Shown here: positions 28,141 to 36,541 of the stretch, in pieces
How positions within the stretch are numbered: position 1 is the stretch's first letter
How the letters are laid out: each line of letters starts with the position of its first letter
Assembly: GCA_963841435.1 (NCBI GenBank)
Contig: CAWJCS010000006.1
Location: 960,001 to 1,024,000, forward strand
Origin: an uncultured delta proteobacterium
GTDB lineage: Bacteria > Myxococcota_A > Polyangia > Polyangiales > Polyangiaceae
Direction: 5' to 3'
Length of the DNA stretch: 64,000 bases
Position numbers and translations under genes: made by a program
Notes under the pieces: model-generated
Databases searched by the model: none
What the model was told of the DNA's origin: nothing
What the model saw: the letters and a program-made list of their open reading frames with translations, nothing else

Positions 28141-31100
28141 TCAGCTGCAACCCATCGAGTTGCCGCAGTTCAGACACTTGTAGCAGGCGCCGTTGCGCAC
28201 CGTGATGTGCCCGCAGCCGTCGCAGACGGGCGCGTCGCCCATCATCTCCTCGAGCTGGGCATCGAGCGCGCCGTGCGCCTCGAGCGGGGCGGCCTCCGCA
28301 ACGGGCGGCTGCGACTGGCGCGCGGGTGGCATGAGCGACGCTGGCGGACGCTCTTCCGCGACGAGACGCGGCTGCGTGGGATCCTCGATCGCGACGGGCG
28401 CCTCGGCGGGCTTGACCTGGGCGAAGTCGTAGCGGCGCAGGTACTCCACGCCGAGCACGCGGAAGATGTAGTCGACGATCGAGGTCGCGAACTTGATGTT
28501 CGGATGCCCGCTCACCACGCCGTGCGGCTCGAAGCGGGTGAACGTGAACTGCTCGACGAACGTGTCGAGCGGCACGCCGTACTGAAGGCCCACCGAGACC
28601 GCCATGGCGAAGCAGTTCATGAGCGAACGGAAGGCAGCGCCCTCCTTGTGCATGTCGATGAAGATCTCGCCGAGCGAGCTGTCTTCGTACTCGCCGGTGC
28701 GCAAGAAGACCTTGTGCCCGCCGACGTAAGCTTCCTGCGTGAAGCCATTGCGCTTCTTCGGCAGCCGCACGCGGTGCCCTTCGGGGCGCCGCAGCGTGGA
28801 CGGCGCGCTCACGACGACGGATGCCGCCTCCGGCGAGCTCGCCTCCGCCTTTTGCTCTTTGCTCGACGTGGAGAGTGGTTGCGAGGCCTTGCAGCCGTCG
28901 CGGTAGAGCGCCACGGCCTTGAGCCCGAGCTTCCAGCCCTCCTCGTAGATCTGGCGCACGTCCTCGACGCCCGCGTCGTTCGGCAGGTTCACGGTCTTGC
29001 TGATGGCGCCCGAGAGGAAGGGCTGCGCGGCCGCCATCATCTTCACGTGGGCCATCGGCTCGAGGAAGCGGCGGCCGGTGCGCCCGCAGCGATTCGCGCA
29101 GTCGAAGACCGGGTAGTGCTCGTCGCGCAGGTGCGGCGCGCCCTCGATCGTCATGCGGCCGATGATGGTATCGTTCGCGAGCTCGATGTCGGACTCCGTG
29201 AAGCCGAGGTGCTTGAGGAGGTTGAAGCCCGGCTGTGCCATCTTGTCGGCCGTGACGCCGAGCCGCTCGTAGGTCTCCTTGCCGAGCACCCACGGCGCGA
29301 ACGCCAGGCCGAGCTCGAAGACGCCCGGCAGCGCCGCCTCGATTTTGGAGAGATTGGCGTCGTCGAGGCCGCGCAGCTTGAGCTCGGAGCGGTTGATGCC
29401 AGGCGCCCCGAGTAGGGTGTTCGTGCCCGAGACGTAGGCCACGATTTCGCTGATCTGAGCCTCGGAATAGCGCAGCCGCCGGAGCGCCTCCGGCACGGAC
29501 TGGTTGACGATCTTGAAGTACCCGCCTCCGGCGAGCTTCTTGAACTTCACGAGCGCGAAATCGGGCTCGATGCCCGTCGTATCGCAGTCCATGAGCAGGC
29601 CGATCGTGCCGGTCGGTGCGAGCACCGTGGCCTGCGCGTTGCGGTAGCCGTGCTGCGAGCCGCGCTTGACGACGTCGTCCCAGTCCTCGCAGGCGGCGCG
29701 CCAGAGCGCTTCCGGACACTCGTCGCGGTTGATGGCGTAGGCGGCGTCCTGGTGCAGCCGCATCACGCGCAGCATGGGCTCGCGGTTCGTCGAGAAACCG
29801 GGGAACGGCCCCTTGTTGGCCGCCATCTTCGCGCTCGTGACGTAGGCGTGCCCGCACAGGATGGCCGTGAGCGCGCCTGCGATGGAGCGCCCCTTGTCGG
29901 AATCGTACGGAATGCCGAGCAGCATGAGCACGGTGCCGAGGTTCGCGAAGCCGAGCCCGAGCGGCCGGTAGTCATGCGAGTTCTTGGCGATGCGCTCGGT
30001 CGGGTAACTCGAGAAGTCCACCAAGATTTCCTGGGCGACGAAGAAGATCTCGATGGCGTGGCGGTAGCCGGCGATGTCGAAGCTGCCGTCCTGGCGCAAG
30101 AACTTCGTGAGGTTCAAAGACGACAGGTTGCAAGCGGTGTCGTCGAGGAACATGTACTCGGAGCAGGGGTTCGACGCGTTGATCTTTCCGCTGTTCGGGC
30201 AGGTGTGCCAGCGGTTGATGGTGCTGTCGTACTGCACGCCCGGATCGGCGCAGCCCCAGGCAGCCTCGGCGACCAGCGTCCAAAGATCCGCTGCCTCGTA
30301 GGTATCGGCGACCTCGCCCGTCGTGCGCATACGCGTCTGCCACTTGCCGCCGCCGAGGGCAGCTTTCATGAACGAGTCGGAGACGCGGATCGAGTTGTTC
30401 GAGTTCTGGCCGCTCACGGTGTGATAGGCCTCACCGTTGAAATCGCTCTCGAAGCCGGCGGCGATCAAGGCCTTTGCCTTCTTCTCCTCGCGCACCTTCC
30501 AGGTGATGAACGCCTCGATTTCAGGGTGATCCATGTCGAGACACACCATCTTGGCGGCGCGCCGCGTCGTGCCGCCGCTCTTCGTGGCGCCGGCGGCGCG
30601 GTCGAGCACCTCGAGAAAGCTCATGAGCCCACTCGAGGTCCCGCCGCCCGAAAGCTTCTCCTGCTTGCCGCGGATGGCGCTGAAGTTGGACCCCGTGCCG
30701 GAGCCGTACTTGAACAGGCGCGCCTCGCTCTTCACGAGGTCGTAGATCGACATGAGATCGTCGTTCACGGCCTGGATGAAGCACGCCGAGCACTGCGGAT
30801 GCTCGTAGGCGTTCTTGGTTTCCGTGACGATGTCGGTGTCGGCCTGCCAGGCCCAGTTGCCGCCGGAGCCCTCGATGCCGTACTCGTGGAACAGGCCGCA
30901 GTTGAACCAGACGGGCGAGTTGAACGCGCCGTACTGGTTCGTCAGCATGAAGCTGAGCTCGGCCTCGAAGACGTCGGCGTCCTTTTTGGTGGCGAAATAG
31001 CCGCCGAAACGCTCTCCCGCCGTGCGGATGGTGTGCGCGATGCGGTACACGACCTGACGCACGCTGGTTTCGCCGCGGGTCTTGTCGCCGTGGATGCCGG

Positions 31101-31398
31101 CTTTGCGGAAGTACTTCGAGACGACGATGTCGGTCGCGAGCTGTGACCAGCCAGCCGGTACCTCGGCGCCCTCCATCTTGAACACGACCGAGCCGTCGGG
31201 ATTCGTGATGACGCTCTGGCGCCGCTCCCACACGGTCGCCTCGCTCGAGTCTTCGCCTGCGGTCGTGAAGTGCCGTTCGAGGCTCAGACCCTTCTTCCTC
31301 TTCGAGCGCTCACCCCGTGTTCCCGTGGGAGGCTCCGACTCGATGCGGCTCGTCTTCACGCTGCTCTCTTGATGACCCACGAACGTTGACTGCGCCAT
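28141..31398 (-). CDS. nrdJ: Class II (adenosylcobalamin-dependent) ribonucleotide reductase with fused C-terminal domain and zinc ribbon
   Basis: FNSPVWFN, QCSACFI, KSGGTTRRAAKM, ASNPCSE, APTGTI, GAISKTVN, CDGC...CLNCG. Confidence 0.97.
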   Translation of the reverse strand: MAQSTFVGHQESSVKTSRIESEPPTGTRGERSKRKKGLSLERHFTTAGEDSSEATVWERRQSVITNPDGSVVFKMEGAEVPAGWSQLATDIVVSKYFRKAGIHGDKTRGETSVRQVVYRIAHTIRTAGERFGGYFATKKDADVFEAELSFMLTNQYGAFNSPVWFNCGLFHEYGIEGSGGNWAWQADTDIVTETKNAYEHPQCSACFIQAVNDDLMSIYDLVKSEARLFKYGSGTGSNFSAIRGKQEKLSGGGTSSGLMSFLEVLDRAAGATKSGGTTRRAAKMVCLDMDHPEIEAFITWKVREEKKAKALIAAGFESDFNGEAYHTVSGQNSNNSIRVSDSFMKAALGGGKWQTRMRTTGEVADTYEAADLWTLVAEAAWGCADPGVQYDSTINRWHTCPNSGKINASNPCSEYMFLDDTACNLSSLNLTKFLRQDGSFDIAGYRHAIEIFFVAQEILVDFSSYPTERIAKNSHDYRPLGLGFANLGTVLMLLGIPYDSDKGRSIAGALTAILCGHAYVTSAKMAANKGPFPGFSTNREPMLRVMRLHQDAAYAINRDECPEALWRAACEDWDDVVKRGSQHGYRNAQATVLAPTGTIGLLMDCDTTGIEPDFALVKFKKLAGGGYFKIVNQSVPEALRRLRYSEAQISEIVAYVSGTNTLLGAPGINRSELKLRGLDDANLSKIEAALPGVFELGLAFAPWVLGKETYERLGVTADKMAQPGFNLLKHLGFTESDIELANDTIIGRMTIEGAPHLRDEHYPVFDCANRCGRTGRRFLEPMAHVKMMAAAQPFLSGAISKTVNLPNDAGVEDVRQIYEEGWKLGLKAVALYRDGCKASQPLSTSSKEQKAEASSPEAASVVVSAPSTLRRPEGHRVRLPKKRNGFTQEAYVGGHKVFLRTGEYEDSSLGEIFIDMHKEGAAFRSLMNCFAMAVSVGLQYGVPLDTFVEQFTFTRFEPHGVVSGHPNIKFATSIVDYIFRVLGVEYLRRYDFAQVKPAEAPVAIEDPTQPRLVAEERPPASLMPPARQSQPPVAEAAPLEAHGALDAQLEEMMGDAPVCDGCGHITVRNGACYKCLNCGNSMGCS

Positions 31399-31760
31399 GC
31401 TTCCGTTCCTCCTCGACTTTCCTCGAGCTGACCTGTTTTTGGCTGCTGCGGGGGGTGTGGCTCTCTATGCAATACGAAACAGACACCCGTGGCGTTGCCA
31501 CGAACGTCGATGGACCACCCCGGTCCGCGAACTCGCGTTTCTCTCGGTATTCCGTGGCTCGCCGGTACTCAGCGAGCCTCTTGTTTCAACGACTGACCGC
31601 GGCCACCGAACCTGCCCCGCAATCGGGTTTGACGACCTACGCTGCTCCGACTCCGGCTCGGCGCCTTGGGCAGGCGGGGAGAGCCGGTGGGTGACGCATG
31701 CACCCTGTACTTCCGTAACCTACTGGATCTCCGACCAGCTCTGACCAACAGAGCGAGGGA
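31399..31760 (-). promoter_or_regulatory. Long structured 5' leader of nrdJ (candidate cis-regulatory RNA)
   Basis: At least eight consecutive inverted repeats between the NrdR boxes and the GAGGAGG RBS. Confidence 0.5.
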
Positions 31761-31769
31761 GTAGCCTTA

Positions 31770-31816
31770 CCCCAAAGGATTGGGCAAGTACAAGGAAAAA
31801 CCACTACTCATTGTGG
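31770..31816. promoter_or_regulatory. Tandem NrdR boxes
   Basis: CCCCAAAGGATTGGGC (31770) and CCACTACTCATTGTGG (31801), 31 bp apart, matching the CnCwAnnnaTwGng core. Confidence 0.75.
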
Positions 31817-31871
31817 CCCAGCTGTCACGTGGTCGCCCCAGTTTACCTAAACTCGCGCCAGCACTGAACTT

Positions 31872-32024
31872 TCATCCACTGAACAGATTTGTCCCACATT
31901 GTGCGCACGTGTTCAGCATGTGTTCCACCGATCTCACCTAGCTTTTGCACAGCGCTGACCCCATCCGGGGTTCGCGTGAGGAACGGTTCCAAGACCGTCC
32001 ACAGCGCTCCACTCGTTTTCCACA
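31872..32024 (+). promoter_or_regulatory. Cluster of DnaA-box-like 9-mers
   Basis: TCATCCACT, TGTCCCACA, TGTTCCACC, TTTTGCACA, CCGTCCACA, TTTTCCACA, all in the same orientation. Confidence 0.55.
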
Positions 32025-32072
32025 GCTTTCCCGCGAGATGAGGGCCGCTTCACCCCCGCGTCGCGCGCGGGC

Positions 32073-33585
32073 TCACTTCTTTGGCAGTGTCTCGCGGATC
32101 GAAAAATCCTTCTCGGGATCGAGCACGTTGACCTTGGCGATGTGACGAAGCGACTCCTTCACGCTGCCCGCGTCGCCCACGACGACGATCACTTCGGAGC
32201 CGGGCCGGTAGTACCGCGCCGCCACGCGCGCGCTCCCTTCGGGATCGAGCTGTCGCACGGCGTGCCGGTAGTCGTCGTAGCTTTCGTCGGGAAGGCCGAG
32301 CACGAGCAGCCGGCTCGCGAGCTCCGCGATCGCGCCAGCCGTTTCCATGCGAAAAAGGAAGCTGTCCGACAGGAAGCGCGCGGCGCGATCGAGCTCCTGC
32401 TCGCTCGGTGCCGTTTCGCCGAGGCGCGCGAAATGCTCGAGCAGCGCGCTGACGGCTTCGGTCGTCTTTTCGGTCTGTGTTCCGGCCGAGAGCACGAGAG
32501 GCATGGGGCCGTGCGCGGGCTCCTCGACCCAGGAGCCCGTGCTGTAGGCGAGCGACCGCTTCTCGCGCACGTCGAGAAAGAGTCGCCCGGCGGTGCCCCC
32601 TCCGAGGAGCTGGTTCGACGCCATCACCGCCGCGTAGTCCCGACTCTTTCGTTCCGGCCCGAACGTGGCGACGAGGATTTGGCTCTGTGTGCTGCCCGGG
32701 CGATCGACGAGCAAGAGCACCCGCGAATCGGGCCCGTGCGGATCGGGAAAGCTCACGGGCTCGGGGCGGGGACCGCGCCAGCCGCCGAGCCAGGTCGTCG
32801 CGGCGCGCTCGACGTCGTCGGGACGAACGTCGCCGGCCACGACGAGCTCCGCGTTCGCCGGCGTCACGTGCTTTCCGTACCAGCCGACGACGTCACGCAG
32901 GCGGATGGCAGCAAGCTCGCTGGGCGAGGCGTCGTATGCGGCGTAGGGATGGACCGAGACGGGCAGCGCGTAGAGCTCGCGGTAGAGGGCCGTCGCCGCG
33001 AGCCAGCTCGGGCTCGTGCGGGCGCGGTCCTTCACGCGGTCGATTCTCGCGCTGGCGGAGCTTTTCGAGCTCGGAGCCGGGCAGGCGCGGCTTCTCGACG
33101 ACGGCCTGGACGATCTCGAGCGCCCGGTCGAGGTCGCCCTTGGTCACGGCGAGGGAAATGCGCGTCGAGTCGCGGTCGGTCTGGATCGACAGACGGGACC
33201 CGAGTGCCTCGGAGCGTTCGACGAGCTCCTGGCTCGTGAAGGGGCCCGCGCCGCCGTCCTTGAGCAGGCGCCCCGTGAGGGAGGCGAGGCCGGGGAGCTC
33301 TCCGTCAGTGGCCTGTCCGGAGTGGAGCACGAGCCGGATCTCCACGACGGGAAACGAGGCTCGCGGCACGATGGCGAGCCCGAGCCCGTTCGGCAGCTGG
33401 CGATGCTCGATCGGCGGAAACGGGGCGGAGGGAGTGATGCCGGCGGGCGGGGGCTCGGCGAGCGGATCGCTGGGCGGCGCGAGCGCGACGGGGGGTGCAG
33501 CGAGTGCGGGCGCTGGCGGCGCGACGGGCGCGGGGGGCGACGCGCAAGCCGCCGCGAAGACCAACCAGGCGAGGGAGCGTTTCAC
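32073..33585 (-). CDS. M16B peptidase non-catalytic subunit, lipoprotein; +1 frameshift at about 33044
   Basis: FAAAC lipobox, LPNGL, GLASLT (no HxxEH), HPY, LGGGTAGRLF..VREKRSLAY. Confidence 0.88.
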
Positions 33586-34982
33586 GGCGTGCCTCCTTTC
33601 GGCATCACCTCGACGACTACGCGCCGCTCGGGTGCGAGGTACCGCTCCGCGGCGGCGCGCACGTCCTCGGCCTTTACGTCGAGGTAGTGCGAGAGCTCGC
33701 GGGCGAAGAGCCGTGCGTCGCCCAGGAAGAGCTCGTCCTCACCGAGCGCCACCGCACGGCTCAGCGTCGTCTGCAGGCCGAACACGAAGCTTGCCTTGAC
33801 GCGCTGCTTGGCGCGCGAGAGCTCGGCCGCTGTCGGTGGTTGCCGGCGGAGACGCTCGAGCTCCTGATCGAGGGCTTTTGCCACCTCGGGCAGCTTGGCC
33901 TTCTCCGAGAGCACCACCTGCACGCCGAACTGATCGGGCCCCTCGAAATCGCGCGTCCAGGCGCGCGCTTCGAGCGCGATCGCCTTTTTTCGCACGAGCT
34001 TCTGATAGAGGCGCGCGCTCTCGCCATCGCCGAGCAGCATGGCCGCCATCTCGAGCGCGTAGTGCTCGGGCGTGTGCGTCGCGGGAACGAGATAGCCGTA
34101 GTAAAGGCTCGCTGTCTTGGCGTTCGCGTCCTCGACGCGTTCGCGGGCCGGGCGAGGCTCGGGCGCGGAGACCGCGGGCCGCTCGGTCTTCTTGCCACGC
34201 CGCGGCAGCGGACCGAAGTAGCCCTCGACGAGCTCGAGAGCCTGGTCCTTGTCGAAGCCGCCCGCGATGGTGAGGACTGCGTTCTCGGGCGAGTAGTGCT
34301 CTTCGTAGAACTGTTTGACCCACGCGAGCTGCGCGCCGTCCAAATCGGCGATCTTGCCGATGGTCGGGTTCGCGTAGGGAGGGTAGCTCGCGAACACGAG
34401 CTCGCCGAGGCGCAGCGCCGCGAGCATGTACGGTGCATTCGCGTAGCGCATGCGGTACTCCTCCTTGACGACGGCGCGCTGATTTTCGAAATTTGCGGCC
34501 GAAACGTCGAGGGAGCGCATGCGATCGGCCTCGAGCCACAGCGCGAGCGCGAGCTCGCTCGACGGGAGCACCTCGTAGTAATTGGTACGATCGGCGTTCG
34601 TGGTGCCGTTGAGCGTTCCGCCGCGTTCGGCGATCAAGGCGAAGTGCTGACCCTTTTTCACGTGGCCGCTGCCCTGGAACATCATGTGCTCGAACAGATG
34701 TGCAAAGCCGCTCCGGCCCGCCACCTCGTCCTGTGAGCCCACCGCGTAGGTCACGCTCACGGCGACGGTGGGCGCCGTCGTATCCGGCGCCAACACGACG
34801 CGCAGGCCGTTCGCGAGGGTTCGCCGCTCGATCGACAGCGCAAGTCGCTCGAGGGCCTCGAGGGCCGGGTCGGCCGCAGCCCGCGCGGGAGCGCCTTCGG
34901 CGCGCGCCGTTGGGGTGGGTCCGACCAAAAGCCCGAGCATTGCCGCGACGAGTGCCGGCACCATCGCCTTCCGAATAGCCAT
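33582..34982 (-). CDS. M16B zinc peptidase catalytic subunit
   Basis: Signal peptide, LANGLRVV, GFAHLFEHMMF (HxxEH), EADRM, VVKEE. Confidence 0.93.
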   Translation of the reverse strand: MAIRKAMVPALVAAMLGLLVGPTPTARAEGAPARAAADPALEALERLALSIERRTLANGLRVVLAPDTTAPTVAVSVTYAVGSQDEVAGRSGFAHLFEHMMFQGSGHVKKGQHFALIAERGGTLNGTTNADRTNYYEVLPSSELALALWLEADRMRSLDVSAANFENQRAVVKEEYRMRYANAPYMLAALRLGELVFASYPPYANPTIGKIADLDGAQLAWVKQFYEEHYSPENAVLTIAGGFDKDQALELVEGYFGPLPRRGKKTERPAVSAPEPRPARERVEDANAKTASLYYGYLVPATHTPEHYALEMAAMLLGDGESARLYQKLVRKKAIALEARAWTRDFEGPDQFGVQVVLSEKAKLPEVAKALDQELERLRRQPPTAAELSRAKQRVKASFVFGLQTTLSRAVALGEDELFLGDARLFARELSHYLDVKAEDVRAAAERYLAPERRVVVEVMPKGGTP

Positions 34983-35084
34983 CCGAGGGCGCTTACCATG
35001 GCTTTTATGCTCTCGCTTATCGAAGTGGAGCGAAGCTATGCCCCTTTGGCTCGGGAGCGGCGTCGCGCTAGGCTAGAGACTGCC

Positions 35085-35897
35085 GTGCTTGTGTTGCTCG
35101 CGCCGAGCTTCGACGGTAGCGATCAGGGCTACCAGGTGCTGGCACAGGCTACGGGGCTCGTTCAGTACGATCTTCGCACGCGCGTGAAGCCCGGCAGCTG
35201 GGGTCTCGTGAAGGGGTTCGCCGACGCGGGGCCTGCGCAGGAGCTCGCGAGCCGCCTGATCGCGCACGGCTTTCCCGTCGTGCTCGTGGATCGCCAGGTG
35301 GCTCACGATCCAGAGCGCCGCGTCGTTCCCGTGCAGGGGCTCGTCATGGGCGAGGCTGATTTCGCGCTCCAGCTGCGGGACCGCGAGATGCGGATCCCGT
35401 ACGGGGCGCTCACCTGCATCGTCGAGGGTGAGGTGCAGCCGGGGCGAGCGGCGCGCGGCGTGCGCCAGACGCCGAGCGGGACGAGTAGCGGTGCGCTCCG
35501 CGCGGTCGTACCGACGCTCGGCGAGGTGCAGGCGTTTCGCGACGCGCAGGTCGCCGCGCAGGTGGGCTACCTCGCCGCGGACCTCCATTTTGCGACGGTA
35601 CGCTGGGTCGCGCGGCTCGACACGCGCTTGCTCGATTTCGGCGCAGAACGTAGTGGCAACGTCGCCGCCGACCTCGCGGGCCTGACGACGCTGCTCGCGG
35701 CTCGCACCGGCGTGCGCATCGATCGCGGGGTCAAGACCTCGAGTCTCGCCTCGTTCGCCGATCAACCCGTGCCGATGCGCGCGAATTCCTGGCCGCCCGT
35801 CAGCGCGCGTTCCAAGCACGAAGCCGCGGACAACCGCTTCGACTCGTACTCGCGCCTAGTAGGAGAAGCCGAACGAGTCGCAAGACACCTGTCCTGA
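35085..35897 (+). CDS. Hypothetical protein
   Basis: Fills the gap with coding-like composition; no motif recognised; start uncertain. Confidence 0.65.
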   Translation: MLVLLAPSFDGSDQGYQVLAQATGLVQYDLRTRVKPGSWGLVKGFADAGPAQELASRLIAHGFPVVLVDRQVAHDPERRVVPVQGLVMGEADFALQLRDREMRIPYGALTCIVEGEVQPGRAARGVRQTPSGTSSGALRAVVPTLGEVQAFRDAQVAAQVGYLAADLHFATVRWVARLDTRLLDFGAERSGNVAADLAGLTTLLAARTGVRIDRGVKTSSLASFADQPVPMRANSWPPVSARSKHEAADNRFDSYSRLVGEAERVARHLS

Positions 35898-35917
35898 CGC
35901 GAGACGGCGGGATCGTC

Positions 35918-36541
35918 TCACGAGCCCGCACACTCGTCACTCTCTGGATGCCGCCTACACAAGGTCTGCGCGCGGTCCACGAGCGCTGCTGCCTGTCGTG
36001 CGCTCCGCGCGACCCCGTCGCCCGAGCGATAACGCTCGGCGAGCACGAGGCACGCGCGCGCTGAATCTCGCTCGCAGCGACGGACGAGCTGCGTCAGCTC
36101 CACGCGCCGGTAGTTGCGCGCACGCTCGGCGTCGCGCGGAACGACGCGGCCGGCGTCGTAGGCGTCAGCCGCGCGGTGGCACGCCTCCGGGTCCTTCTGG
36201 TAACAGCGGATCTCGGTGGCGGTGAGCTCGTCGGGTGACGCGACGGGCGGCAGCGACGGGAACACGATGGCCGCGGCGCTCGCCGACGTGTCCGGTGCGG
36301 CGCTACCTGACGGGGCGGCGCTACCTGACGGGGCGGCAGAGGCGGTCGGGGACCGAGCGGGTGCGATCGGTGGCTCGTTGGACGGTGCCGCGCTCGCCCG
36401 AGGTGGCGAGGCGCTGCCGACGGCGGCCACGGCGCGCGCCGCGGCGGGGGCGAGGGGCGGCGGCGGCTCGTTCTTCTGAGCGACCGCGAGCGCTACCCCT
36501 GCGGTCGCGCCGACGAGGACGGCGAGCGCCTGGGCGCGCAT
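35918..36541 (-). CDS. Exported protein with Sel1-like repeats
   Basis: Signal peptide, P/A/S linker, AC..AADAYDAG..VPRD and AC..LAERYRSGDGV repeats; ATGA overlap with prlC. Confidence 0.75.
   Translation of the reverse strand: MRAQALAVLVGATAGVALAVAQKNEPPPPLAPAAARAVAAVGSASPPRASAAPSNEPPIAPARSPTASAAPSGSAAPSGSAAPDTSASAAAIVFPSLPPVASPDELTATEIRCYQKDPEACHRAADAYDAGRVVPRDAERARNYRRVELTQLVRRCERDSARACLVLAERYRSGDGVARSARQAAALVDRAQTLCRRHPESDECAGS

Noticed and set aside
31399..31760. Cobalamin riboswitch upstream of B12-dependent nrdJ
   Set aside because: Could not find the conserved GGGAA..GGTG.AA.TCC, CCC.C.ACTGT or GCCACTG..GGGAAG elements
31860..32070. Chromosomal oriC
   Set aside because: No dnaA/dnaN/gidA/parAB context and no clear AT-rich unwinding element; kept only as a box cluster
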